Notes: generated from the letters alone by a model not told the origin. 45,290 nt of DNA from Octopus bimaculoides (GCF_001194135.2 NC_068982.1:42844744-42890033), one strand, 5' to 3'. Numbered from the stretch's first letter, positions 24,326-36,810 are shown. Translations and numbers: made by a program.

Positions 24326-24947
24326 GGTTTTGTGATGCAACGCCCATTTCTAATAACTTGTAACAATGCGCTACAGAAATGATAGGTTGCTATTCCTTGT
24401 TAGAAGACTGCTGCAGATGGTGGAACGTTGTGTTCGGTTCTGAAGTGTAAGCTCATGTGGAACCCAAACTCCCCGTTTGCATGATTTCCAATTTGCTAGA
24501 GATATTGGAACAGCACTCATCAAATTAGACGTGGATCCGTCAAAGACTACTATAGTCTCTTTCAAAACGTTATCATTCAGAGTGGGTCATCTTCCAGAGA
24601 GAGGCTTGTCGGATATGTTGCAATTGCCGTCTTTGAAACTTTTAAATCACAGCTGACATGTACGAGCTTTCATTGCATCCGAATACACTTCACAAATGTT
24701 TTTCGTTGCTTCCGTAGTGGTACTTTTCTTTTGAAACTCATACAGTTAGCAATGGCGAATATGTCGTTTCATAAAGTTCTTATCCTCCATGAGATTAATA
24801 ACTATGAATGACACATCGCCGGATAGGAGAGACGACACGCTATTTCTAGACACTTCCCACCCATTCCACATTGGCTCTGAGGTGATTGGTTGATCCATAT
24901 TTCATCATGCTGATAAAAAGCAACTCCTTTCCGAATACGCTAATATA
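24326..24947 (-). mobile_element. mariner transposase relic, 5' half with TIR
   Basis: GVWVPHELT motif, upstream RHIRHC*LYEFQK and FKDGNCNISDKPLSGR helix-turn-helix remnants; terminal tattag...agttgc resembles a mariner TIR. Confidence 0.82.
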
Positions 24948-25468
24948 CATAGAATGTTAAGACCCTGAAGAGACTACATCGTAGAGTTAGAATTTCAACG
25001 TTTACTAATCGGTGCAATTGAAACTCATCTTAGTCTTAAAGGCATTATATAATTATCGGATTAACAGTAATGCTAATGCTACTGCGGTGTAATTCTTATT
25101 TTTATATTATCGATATATGTGTGTGAGTGCGTGTGTGTATGTGTGTGTGCGTGTGTATGTATGTACTTATATGTGTGTTTATATGTAAAAGGATGTTAGT
25201 ATTTTGTATATGTATACATGTATGTATGCATGCGTATATGCTTATATGTATGTATATGCATGTATCATGTTAAACCGTTAACCCCAACACATTGTTTTCT
25301 CTCTCCGGTTTTTCTTCCTCTCACCATTCTTTTCCTTTCAACCCTTTGACTCGAAGACCGTGGACTCGAAAGGCCAAAGACTTTTTCATTCTTCCCTAGC
25401 GTCAAATTAATACACCTTATAGTTGTTCCCTCACCTGTCTTTGTCTTTTGTTTTTAGTACATTTGAAC

Positions 25469-25469
<1 letters not shown>

Positions 25470-25526
<57 letters not shown>
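25470..25526. repeat. (TG)n microsatellite
   Basis: Perfect run. Confidence 0.99.
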
Positions 25527-25528
<2 letters not shown>

Positions 25529-25734
25529 GGCACTCCGTCGCTTACGACGTCGTGGGTTCCTGTTGATCCGATCAACGGAACAGCCTACTCGTGAAATTAA
25601 CGTGCAAGTGGCTGAGCACTCCACAGACACGTGTACCCTTAACGTAGTTCTCGGGGATATTCAGCGTGACACAGTGTGACAAGGTTGACCCTTTGAATTA
25701 CAGGCACAACAGAAACAGGAAGTAAGAGTGAGAG
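25527..25734 (-). mobile_element. Interspersed retro-repeat 3' part (SINE/LINE tail) ending in (CA)n
   Basis: GC-richer segment ending gtcgtaagcgacggagtgccaac(ac)n; recognised from memory as a common octopus repeat, unverified. Confidence 0.55.
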
Positions 25735-26131
25735 AACAGGCGTGGGCGTATGGTAAGAAGCTTGCTTCCTAACTACATGATTCCGGGTTCAGTTCCACTA
25801 CGTAGCATCTTGGGAAAGTGTCTTCTACTATACCTACGGGACGACCAAAGCCTTGGGAAACAGAATATATATATATTAATGTGTTTTCGTGTATATGTTT
25901 GTATATGTATATATATGAATGTGTTTGATCCATCCCTACCATCGCTTGACAACCGATGTTGGCGTGCTTACATCCCCGTAACATAGTGGTTAGGCAAAAG
26001 ACACCGATAGAATAAGTACAAGGCTTACAAATAATAAGTCCTGGGTCCGATTTGTTCGGTTAAAGGCGGTGCTCCAGCATGGCTGCAGTCAAATGACTGA
26101 ACCAAGTAAAAGAATAAAAAAGTAAAAGAAT
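25735..26131 (+). mobile_element. Near full-length SINE family A
   Basis: Reverse-complement homologue of 21813-22223, with B-box ggttcagttcc and 3' gactgaaccaagtaaaagaataaaa tail. Confidence 0.9.
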
Positions 26132-26571
26132 ATATAAGAGAGAACTGAATATGTGGCAATATCATATTGGTTATATGATTAAATAGCAGCTATAGGAATT
26201 ATTGCAAAGTTACTTTGACATTCTATATGCATAATATTCTGTTCACTCCCGTAATTCCCCTATATAAATTCTAAGCAAAAGCTTCCTGGAGAGGAAATAA
26301 GAATTGGGTTAACGTATACGTAACATTTTTCAGTGATGATATCAACAGAGATTAAAATAAGGATATCCTTGTTATGTGATCAGAGTTGAAAATTTTAGTT
26401 TACTGTTTTCAAATTTTAATCAACTTCTACGAAAAATTTAGGGAAAAATCCTGCCAGAAAACTCTACTTGTTAAGCATTGGTTTTTTAGAAAGTACATTA
26501 TCTTGATTTTAATTGGTTGAGTGATAACGCACTGAGAGACATTATAAAATATCACTCACACACACACACAC

Positions 26572-26619
<48 letters not shown>

Positions 26620-26654
26620 CTCATATATATACATACAAACATATACATATGTTT

Positions 26655-26697
<43 letters not shown>

Positions 26698-26811
26698 TGA
26701 GGATTTACTTTTCGTAATGAGATAAAAAGGACCAAGGCTGTGTACATTATAGAACATTTATAAATAGAACCCTTGATTCAATAACACTGTGTATAAACTT
26801 TGTATTCGGAA

Positions 26812-28435
26812 TGACCAATTTCATTGTTGAAAGGAAAAATATCCAAATCCGAGTGTAGCAATTACACACGTATAAGCCTGCTTGAATCAGTCGGTAAGGT
26901 TTTTGCAAAACTTTTACTTAATCAGCTAACAATATGGATATGCCACTGTGTTATCCCGGAGAGTCAGTGTGGTTTTAGATCAAGTCATGGCACAATGGAC
27001 ATGACTTTTTCTGCTCGTCAACACCAGGAGAAATGCACCGAACATCGCATAGCTCTTTACCAGGTATTTCTCGATTTAACAAAAGCCTTTGACACTGTTA
27101 ATAGAACCGTTCTCTGCACCATTCTTGGTAAACTTGGATGTCCACCTTAATTTGTCAACTTGTTTAAGCCACTTCATAGTGATATGAAAGCTCGTCTTAA
27201 CTTCAATGGGTCACTATCGGAACCAATTTCCATCGATAACAGAGTTAAACATAGTGATATTGCTGCTCCAACACTTTTTTCCAAATATTTTGCTGTAACC
27301 TATCTTGCACGCTTTCCAAGACTATGATATTGGCGTCTATATTCGCTTTAGAACCACAGCTAAGGTCATTGATGTTTAACGCTTTAATGCAAAGTCGCAG
27401 ACATTCCAGGCCCTTGTTCGAGAACTCCTTTATGCTGATGATGCAGTTCTCGTTGCTCACACCGAGGAGGACATACAAGCTATATTATATCACTTCTCTA
27501 GAGCTTGTATTGCTTTTGGACTTACCATCAGTCTAAACAAAACAAAGATCATGTTCTCTCAGCCACCAGGCCAACCCTATGTGGAACTTAACATCTTTGT
27601 CCATAGCACAAGATTAGATGTGGTTTACTCGTTTATCTTGGCAGCGTTCTCTCTAGAGATGGATCCCTTGATTCTGAAATAAACCTGAGAATTGAAAAAA
27701 GCCAGCAAAGCATTTGTAAGGCTTGAAAATCGTGTGTGGTCTGATAGAGGTGTTACCTTCAAAACCAAGCTTAGTATCTACGAATCTTGCATTTTAACGG
27801 TCCTCCTGTACTCTTCTGATACCTGGACGGCATATCGGCGCCACATCAAAGCTTTAGAAAGATTCCATCAGATTTGTCTAAGGGGGATATTGTACACCAA
27901 ATGGAAGTCATTAACACCAGAAATCGTTGTTCTTCAGCAAGCTAACACATCCAGTATTGAAATGATCCTCATACGCAATCAGATGCGTTGGGTTGGGCAC
28001 CTTGCTAGGATGCAGGATGACAGGTTGCTAAAGCAGTTGTTTTACGGGGAGTTGCAGCGTGGCAAACGTCTGAGACATAAGCCAAAGAAACGTTTTAGGG
28101 ATGCTGTCAAAAGCAACCGTAAGGCTCTTAATGTGAAAGTTGAAGACTGGGAGCAGATGACGCAATATCGATCGGTTTGGAAACAAATGATCTACAATAG
28201 ATGTAACGCATTTGAAGCTCGAAGAATTCAACAATCTATCTTGAAACGAGCACTTCGTAGACAGGACTTAACTACAATCCCAGACACTTATCTGCTTAAA
28301 AATATTTGTAAGATCTGCAGTAGAGTTTGTTTGTCAGGAGTAGGACTTAGTGGTCATATAAAATCTCATAACAGTATTTATTAATTGAAGAGATGGCCTT
28401 CTTCTGTAAAGAAGTGGTATGAAAATCATCATATA
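26812..28435 (+). mobile_element. 5'-truncated RTE-clade (BovB-like) LINE; RT pseudogene with stops and frameshifts
   Basis: SECSNY..ISLL, PESQCGFR, FLDLTKAFDTVNR, LYADD (about 27428), QMRWVGHLARM, KQLFYGEL, C-terminal CxxC-x12-HxxxH. Confidence 0.95.
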
Positions 28436-28929
28436 CATAAAGCCATAATTGACAGAGAAGTAGTCTGATAAAATTTTTATTTAACAATAATATAATTCTA
28501 TCATGACAAATTGTTTTGTAACTTAAAACCATGTAACTAATTTATTTATGATTAAATATAATAATATAAATTGTTTACGTGTTTTTAAGTTACGAAACAA
28601 TTTGTCGTGATATTACAACTTCCCTATTATTAAATAAAATCTCATCAAACTATTTCTCGGTAATTTAAGACTTTATACACTCATTATCGTACTATATATT
28701 CTATGTTTGGTAGAATGATACATTAAAGAGCTTTCTTAATGAGTACTACTGGATTACTTGAATCCATATATTATGACATAGATAAATATATGCGTGTGTG
28801 TGCATGTGTCTGTGTGCGTGCGCGTGTGTGTGCGTGTGTCTGTGTGCATGCGCGTGTGTGTGCGTGCGCATTATTACGCAGGGGAAGTTGGCAGTAAATA
28901 AACCGTCTGACCCGTGGAACTCGTCGATC

Positions 28930-29480
28930 CTACAGAAAGTCTCGTCAGCCATAAAACGGAACAAGGCACCACAGTTCAGAAGGTAGAAAATTAACAATGT
29001 AATATAAGCGTTAGCCACCTCTGCCCTCCCTTTCAAAGACAGTTTCTTTACGGATTATTTCTGAGTAAGATTGGCCATCTTCCTCGTTACCACCCCTATA
29101 TCTTGACCATCTGGATGTCTGAACCAAACCAGACGCTAAGCAACATAACCAATTCTTCTCTCCAGCATTTCACGACACTGTCAAGCGGCATGGATCAGCC
29201 TCTCAAGTTGCCGAGCTAGAGATCTACCGACTTTTCCCGGTTAATTTTTGCTTCCATTACCGTTTCGTATTCCTTCACAGTTCTGCTGATAATGTTGATG
29301 TGTTTGGTATCCGAAACTATTACGAATCTGCTCACACAGATCAGCCGTGTACTAGTTCAAATAGGAAGCTGTGACATAGTAGCGACTTGAACACTAGTAC
29401 GCACAAAAGAGGGCGGCCTTGCTGAACCAAACGTACGAATTAGATGGTTCCGATAAATAGATATCCACCCTAACCATCGA
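28930..29480 (-). mobile_element. L1/Tx1-clade LINE RT fragment, degenerate
   Basis: LVQQGRPLL (QGCPL motif), VKEYETVMEAKINREKSV, MLLSVWFGSDIQ (LGVWFG), LKGRAEVANAYI. Confidence 0.8.
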
Positions 29481-29963
29481 ACAGATATCACGGCACATTA
29501 CATCGACCCACCTCTGAGGACTGGATTGGCACTAGCCGGTACAAACATACACATACATTGTGCATACACACGTACACACGTGTCAATGTGTGTATGTGTG
29601 TTTGTGTGTGGGGGTTTGTGTGTGTCTGTGCGTGGGTTAAGATCTCAAGTGATTTTAATTCGCAGGATGTAAAATGCATTAAGTTAAAACGAAGTCCAGG
29701 GTTTCATATACCGTAACCAATTTGTGATTGAGGCACTTAACATTCAATGGTTCATTCCGATCAGCTGATGCTTATGCAAGACACTATGCAGGAAGGTAAA
29801 GACCGTACAATTACGATATAGTAGAGAACTTAATCTGTGATGCAATTAACGCGTAAGCATTCTTTTAATGTAGCTTGTGCAAGGTGCGTTTGCTAGGTCT
29901 CTGCCGATGTGACTTTATAACATTACATGAAGACACACTCTTGTTTGCTTTACATGAGTGTCG

Positions 29964-29967
<4 letters not shown>

Positions 29968-30002
<35 letters not shown>
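29968..30002. repeat. (TA)n microsatellite
   Basis: Direct reading. Confidence 0.97.
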
Positions 30003-30007
<5 letters not shown>

Positions 30008-31138
30008 TTAAAAAATAGGGTAAAAAATCATATATTAATTAATATCGATTAATTGTCCACGTTAGTGGTCAACGTCATATATATATATATATACACACAC
30101 AAGACACATGTCATGTACGTGGGGGAAAGGGCGTTTAGTAACAAACTATTTTTGACATACGATTTATATATGTGATTACGAATGACAGCAACAAGAACAG
30201 GCCCAGCCACTGGACTCGAGCAACGTAACTGATATAAGTCGGGATATGGTGCTACTAATTCTATCAAACAGAACTTCTATTCTGCCTCGGCCTCAATAGC
30301 GCTTTATAAAAGGTTTCTTGGTAAAAACATGCAACCTCACTACCTGTCGTAGTTGACTTCTAACTAATTTCGTAATCTTCAGTATAAAATAGGACCTACA
30401 AATTTATCTATAACTCTTGACAGGTGGTGAGATAAAACTGTTAAATTATACTAAGCATTTTATATAACACTAATTTGGTAAACGCAAAGAATATCTTTTC
30501 TTCGATGTAATCTGCAATGCGCTAGCCTAGCTAACATGCATCACATACGCGCGCGCGTTTATGCGTATGTATGCGTATGTATGCGTATGTATGCGTATGT
30601 ATGCGTGCATGTATCTCTGTTTTTAAATTTTGCTCTGAGTTCTTTTACATCTAAATCTACGAGATAATTTCCCGTAAATGAAATAAAAGTTATTAATCCC
30701 ACCCACGACTTCTTTATACCACTATTCCATTTTGTATGGCTTGAATAATAACGATGTGTTTATTAACAGTGACACATACTGGAGTTTAATTAACTTTATT
30801 ATATTCACCTGCTAACAGAAGTCTATTTATGGCGGGTTATCGAAAATCAGCTGCGCTACTTGAAATGCTATGTGAGGTGCTTTTACTAGAAATAATCTAC
30901 AATGGTGGTCGTAGTCTCTAAGGAACTCTTCACCTTTAGGCTTCTCTGGATACAAGCCACTAGCATATTGTTGTCGTGTGTCAAAATGCACGACATTCCT
31001 TCGTATCAACTATTAATCAATGTGACATTTTCATTATAAAGCAACTGAAACAATATTCAAAACAGTATAATCTAATGTTACACCAAAGCTAATCACACCT
31101 CTCTTTCACTGTTTTGCACCTCCATTAAAAGCACTTAC

Positions 31139-31193
31139 AGTGACTCGTCTCCAAAGTAGCTTCTGTTGATGAAAATTGTGAAACGTTACTCTG
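31139..31193 (-). other. Candidate exon upstream of a canonical 94-nt intron (31045-31138)
   Basis: GTAAGT donor and tgaatattgtttcag acceptor 94 nt apart; two open frames (QSNVSQFSSTEATLETSH or RVTFHNFHQQKLLWRRVT). Confidence 0.35.
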
Positions 31194-31469
31194 CTATATG
31201 TAATATCTATATTATATATTTCTAATATTTTTATGAAGCTTTGTTCCGTTTCTTGCTAAAGTTTTATTGATGAATTATTTTATTAAAATTGACTTTCCAA
31301 TAAATTATAGCTTGAGTGTCAGTTCCCTGTAACTGCTATTACTGAATCATTAGTTTAAGCACTGATTTTATACTGTTAAAAATGATTTAATAGGAAATAT
31401 AACATACGTGGAGGGTGAATACATACATTCATATATACGAACGTACATGCTAACGTAAATGCAGACAAT

Positions 31470-31514
<45 letters not shown>

Positions 31515-31569
31515 CAAAATGGCTGATAGTTAGCAAGGTGAGACACACATAAGAAGGAAGGAAACAAAG

Positions 31570-31613
31570 GACCACTGATGAGGTCACAGAAGTGTGACGA
31601 AAGAACTCTGACC
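31570..31613 (+). ncRNA. Minimal type I hammerhead-ribozyme-like motif, stem I damaged
   Basis: gacca-CTGATGA-g-GTCACA-gaag-TGTGAC-GAAA-g-aa-c-TC-tgacc: complete core order, perfect 6-bp stem II, 2-bp stem III, CUC triplet; stem I pairs only 3 of 5. Confidence 0.55.
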
Positions 31614-31723
31614 GAAATAAGATTAAGATTAAGGTAATATAAAGCTGAAGCAAATTAACACCAAATATACAGTGCGTGTGTTTTTATTGGCTAAACTGGC
31701 AATATGACCNNNNNNNNNNNNNN

Positions 31724-31761
<38 letters not shown>

Positions 31762-31931
31762 CATGTACGTGTGTAAGACTATACAAAATAGTATTTGTAG
31801 CATCTAGTAAGAATGCATGATTCAACATACATTCAGTTGAAAATGGTTTGTGCCATGTAATTCCCGATTCAAAATAACTACAATCACACAAAATAAAACT
31901 ATCATACAAACATGTAAATGTACATACTTAC

Positions 31932-32016
31932 GAATAAAACGCAGTTGGCATTTCGATATTCTGACGTATGACATTGACGTTTGTATGAAAGTAAAATAAT
32001 ATATAACGGAAATATG
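31932..32016 (-). other. Candidate exon, frame undetermined
   Basis: GTAAGT donor at 31926-31931; tttatattctttag acceptor (alternative acceptor at 32048); short intron up to a GTAATG donor at 32114. Confidence 0.28.
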
Positions 32017-32964
32017 CTAAAGAATATAAATATTTCTACACCATTATCTAAATATTAAAATTACTGTAATTTACATACGTAAACAACTAAACTAAAGAAC
32101 AACTTAAGCATTACCTTGAAATGTTGTAGTTGTACACTAACTATATATGTATACTGAGATGCAATTCTAGAATTATAACAATCTGAGAATAACTTCAAAT
32201 TATTTCAGATTTAATTGCAATTAGTTTTTTAAAAAATTATCTAAATAATATAACCCTCTGTTGAAAATTAAACATAATTTCATAGTAAATACACCAAATT
32301 ATCATTGCCAAATGTATGTCTCCTTTGTCTTAATCAAAACGATAAGCGTACTGTGTAGTGAAATTACCATTTTAGCAAACAATTTTATGAGATACTCATC
32401 CTCTTTATTCTTTAGATGTTTCACACATAATATTGCAGCCACTACCTGGCAGTGCCTGGAAAAGTTTAGTCGATCAAATTGACACGCAATACTTATTTGA
32501 TGTATGATGCATATTCTTTTGGATGGCGAGATATCTTCAGTGCTGCAACATGATGTATTGATGTATATGAAACAAAATTAAACTATTCAGAGATCAAATA
32601 ATCGCATGGAAATAACAAATAAATAAAAGACTGAAGGAAATGCAACCGAAACTTGTGTTCTATCAGATTTGAACAAACTTTAGTTGCATAAAATTATCTC
32701 AGCACATGACGCAGTGTAGCTAACTGAAAAGAAATATTTTACCAAAGTATGCTCTTACAAAAAGAAAATGTTGCTATTCTCTCATCAAAATTTATTGTTA
32801 AAATGTTTGTAACAGAATGAATTCAACTAAAAGCCTCAATGAACCATTCAGAACATTACTAAAATGTTAAATAATGAAAAAGAAACAAAGTTCAAAAGCG
32901 GTTATTTATTAGTAAAGTAGATGCAAGAACTATTCACTACGAGTGACATAATACTTGAACTCAC

Positions 32965-33017
32965 TCATACATCCATGCATTTGATCAGGATATAAAATAG
33001 CAAAACCTAGATAGTCG
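32965..33017 (-). other. Candidate exon (DYLGFAILYPDQMHGCM)
   Basis: Strong acceptor tttcctgttggctttctcaatttacag, GTGAGT donor, single open frame; the downstream intron 32859-32964 has a TACTAAT branch-like site and a long pyrimidine tract. Confidence 0.38.
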
Positions 33018-33151
33018 CTGTAAATTGAGAAAGCCAACAGGAAATTTCTATTTAACCAATTCGTCGGCTAAACTTTCCACATTCCCAGCTCAATCAATAA
33101 CTAACACTCGATTGTAGTCTCTCTGAATATTCAGGTAATTATAAAATTTAC

Positions 33152-33195
33152 GAAATGCAATCCGAACCCTCTACTATTAATAAAAGTTTATTTTC
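33152..33195 (-). other. Candidate exon (ENKLLLIVEGSDCI)
   Basis: Single open frame ending in phase 2, matching the phase-2 start of 32965-33017 across a 134-nt GT-AG intron. Confidence 0.33.
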
Positions 33196-33277
33196 CTGTC
33201 AATATTTTCATTAATAATTTCAACGGCAGAGACCATTATCTAATTTAGAAACACATGATACATATTGCTTTCACGTT

Positions 33278-33480
33278 TTGGTACCAGGTCAGCAATATCA
33301 GGGGAGGAAGAAAGTCGATTATATCGAGCATAATGCTCACCTGGCATTTATCTTATCGGTCCCGAAAGGATGAATGACAAAGTCAACCACGGCAAAGTTT
33401 GAACTCAGAGCATAAAGACGGACGAAATGCGGCTAAGCATTTTACCCGGCGTGCTAACGATTCTTTCAGCTCACCACTTT
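33278..33480 (-). mobile_element. tRNA-derived SINE family B
   Basis: Reverse-complement head gttagcacgccggg...ctgagttcaaac (B-box) and body gtcgattatatcg...cccgaaaggatg. Confidence 0.85.
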
Positions 33481-34882
33481 CACACTAATGATATATATTC
33501 ATGATACAAGCAATAATCAGTAATTTCAATAAACGAGCAGTTATGTTGGATATGATAATTATTATTCGTTGCAAATACTACTTCTGTGGATAACACCTAA
33601 TTCATTTGTAACCCGTCGGATTTTGCGACATCACTAGCTGTTTAGTCATTATTGCATTATATCGGTTCGATTGATTTTCATTCTGGCATTCGGTGCAAGG
33701 CTGAGATGCTGATGATGACCGGCAGACAACAGTGAAATCACGTGAAATGATAATATCATCCAAAGTTGTAGACGATTATTTTGTCATCCTACATTGTGAT
33801 TAATGAGCCCGTGTTGTTAACACGAGATGTTATCTCAGGACGTTAACAGCAATTTAAAGATGATCTCGTCAACACAATCAGTTATTCTAATTGTGCTAAT
33901 TATGCTAATTATTATTCAATGAAAAATCGTACTAGATAAATATTTCGAGCAGATTCTTCATTAAAATCTAGAATTATGACGAAGTTTCATCCCCTGAATT
34001 ATTTTAAAGTGCGAAATAATTTTATGACATTTTTATTATGTCCGTTGTTTGAATTAAAAATAGATGTGCATTTAAGTTTTAGAGATTCGGGTTGCAATAT
34101 ATATTTTTGTATTTCCGCTTTTGGTAAATATATGTTAAGACGCAGCCTTGTTTGCTAGCATTGTGATGTCCTTTGGGAAGAGCTCATTGAGAAAGGGAAG
34201 AAAATGGTCTTACAAAAAAGAGCAATAAAAAAAGAGAACTGAAAAATAAGTGCTGTAACATATGAATGATATAAGATGTGAAATAATGAAATATTTCAAG
34301 TATTAGGGGATGGTGTAAAAGAGAAAAGATTTATGGAATGAAAGAAATCTCGTATATTTTAGGGTCTGTTTCACATTGCTATAAGCATAAGTCTATATTA
34401 TGAATAATGGTAGCATGTCATATACACCCAGACACACACACGCACATACACACTCACACAAGCATACATACACACACATTCACTCTCATACATATACAAA
34501 CACACTCACACATATACAAATACACTCAAACTAATGATATGATAATAATGCGAGAAAAAATGGTGAGAATTTTATCACTGAAACATGCATGTCCCTGTGT
34601 GTCTTTATATAAATTATTTCTAGAAAATCTGTCACTATAAGCATTTTGTTCTTAATTCAAACCTGTCATAAATGAGTTGTTCCAGAGCGCAAATATTGAT
34701 GTGTAGAGTACATTTTCTCTCTAGCTGTAAACTGAAAAGTAACTCCTACAATTCAAATGTTTCAGGATGTTTTATTTGGAGTTCTAAATATTTAGTTTTA
34801 AAATATCCTGTTTTAGGAATTTATTTATACAAAGAATAAATAGAGCCAAATCTATATTCATAAGAGTATATAAAAAAATGTC

Positions 34883-35365
34883 ACCTCAAAGGACATAACA
34901 CTTCACCTGAAACTAAGGTTAGTAAACTGTTATACCAATCATCATCTTTGGAGCAGAAACTTGGACAATGTACAGTGTAATGAAAAAGAAGATAAATGAC
35001 TTTGAGATGTGGATCTGTTATAGATTGGGTAAAGTAAGCTGTTGTATTAGCAAAGCTGATAATCCAAAGACACCTAATGTCGAAAATCAAGTCCAAAACA
35101 CTATCACATTTTGGATATAAGAGGCACCGCCACTAATCATAGACCAGCAGGATCACGGCAGAAGGTGTGGAGAGGAAGAGAGAAAGAGACCTTCTGAAGA
35201 TGATTGAAGACGTTTGTGGAGTGATGACATCAAAGAATGTCATGACATCGGAAACAAGAGTCTGGCTGGTCTGGTTGCACGCATACAGCACAACACAGAG
35301 GGAACTAGAGAGCTTGGCAAACCGACCACTGAACACACTGAAGGCACGCGGCTGATGGCTGATAT
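34883..35365 (+). mobile_element. RTE-clade LINE 3' fragment, degenerate
   Basis: SKDITLHLKLRLVNCY / PIIIFGAETWTM / KINDFEMWIC / WSDDIKE; ends gaaggcacgcggctgatggctgat. Confidence 0.8.
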
Positions 35366-35709
35366 TAAGCAAAACGTTATAACTAAGATTAAGAGAATCT
35401 TCAATGTAAATGTTTAATTTCTAATAATTTTCCATGTGCGTGTCACAATGCTTCAAATTTCGCTTCAAAATTAAAACTTAATCTAAATATTCCGACACAT
35501 CCAACTAGATAAACGCCTCTCTATTGTATTTTCAATTAAATCGATTGATTTCGCCTTAAAAATAGAAGGAATTCTATAATTTCTCCACCGTCTGACTAGC
35601 GGTAAGATCATGAATTCTACTACCATAACAGTTTATTGCCTCATTTTGCCTTCAGGCTTACACAAAATTGGTCAAAGTGCCTGTCTGTCTCCAACTTCTT
35701 CTTACACCA

Positions 35710-35773
35710 TGATATGTATGTGTGTGTGTGTGTGTGTGTGTGCGTATGTGCGTGTGCGTATGTGAGTGCGCAC

Positions 35774-35804
<31 letters not shown>

Positions 35805-35822
35805 TGTATGTATGTATGTATG
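35710..35822. repeat. (TG)n/(TATG)n microsatellite
   Basis: Direct reading. Confidence 0.97.
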
Positions 35823-36015
35823 AAGACCCCCGTCCTTCGGTCACGAATGACCATGAGATCGCACCTTGAAAGTTCTCCTCCGAGACACAAGTCCAGGTAA
35901 AGTTCTTTGTGGAAGATCAGAAGTCACTCATGCGCACCAGTCTCTCCTCTCCACGCCACTAATGTTGTCCGGGGGAAACACATAACCGATACGGCTTTGT
36001 GCCAGTGACGTCACA
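35823..36015 (-). mobile_element. SINE family C 3' fragment
   Basis: Overlapping homology with 36612-36730 (caagtcc.gg..aag.t.tt..tggaaga.ca...agtc). Confidence 0.7.
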
Positions 36016-36399
36016 ATAATTTTATACATGCAAGACATTGGAATGGTTCCCCTTTACAAGTGAGTGTGAAGACTAGTAATTCTAGAGGGAGGGGTGTAAT
36101 AATGTAAATACCGTTTAGAAAGTAATTAGACATATAATACTGAAGCATAGCAACCGGCTTTGCTTGAATATATTAACACCTAAAAGGAATCATATCACTT
36201 TGCTATACTTTAGACGTTTACTTAATGAAAGGCTGGGAATCTTTATTTGATAGAGAATTATTGATTCAATCAGAATTGTTGTATCAAAGAAAATCGAAAG
36301 AGAGTTGAGGTTGAGCTTCATAGAAAAATGGGCAAAAAATATTTTAAAATAACATAGCCGTGCCCCTGACAGTTTATTTATATTTAAAAATATAAATAA

Positions 36400-36567
36400 A
36401 TAGGCGGAGGTATGACTGTGTAGTTAAGAAGATCCTTGTGTAACCTTGTGATTTCAGTTTCAGTAAAACTGCGCCGCACCTTGGGTAAGTGTCATCTAAT
36501 AGAGCTCCAGGCTGACTAATCTCCTGTGGGTTAATTTGGTTGGCGGAAACTATGGAAACCAGTCGAG

Positions 36568-36570
<3 letters not shown>
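36400..36570 (+). mobile_element. Degenerate SINE family A head
   Basis: ggcggaggtatgactgtgtagttaagaag...caccttgggtaagtgtc resembles 25735-25840. Confidence 0.6.
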
Positions 36571-36599
<29 letters not shown>

Positions 36600-36611
36600 T
36601 GTATGTATGGT

Positions 36612-36810
36612 ATAAGTCTGGGCAAGGTTATTTATGGAAGACCATCAGTCTCCCATGCATACCAGCCTCCCTGTTCCAGGTCACCGAAGGGAAAGGTAAA
36701 GGCTGATGCAGCTTGGTACCAGTGACGTTGCAACTAATTTTTTACAGCTGAGTGAACTGGAGCAACGTGAAATAAAGTGTCTTGCTCAAGAACACAACAC
36801 AGCCCGGTCC
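36612..36810 (-). mobile_element. SINE family C central fragment
   Basis: cagtgacgttgcaact...acagctgagtgaactggagcaacgtgaaataaagtgtcttgctcaagaacacaac; homologous to 35823-36015. Confidence 0.75.

Noticed and set aside
29281-29375. Plus-strand exon after a very strong pyrimidine tract
   Set aside because: It lies antisense within the Tx1-like RT relic, which explains the composition.
32416-32501. Plus-strand exon DVSHIILQPLPGSAW...
   Set aside because: It overlaps a decayed SINE A tail-like sequence (tttagtcgatcaaattgac).
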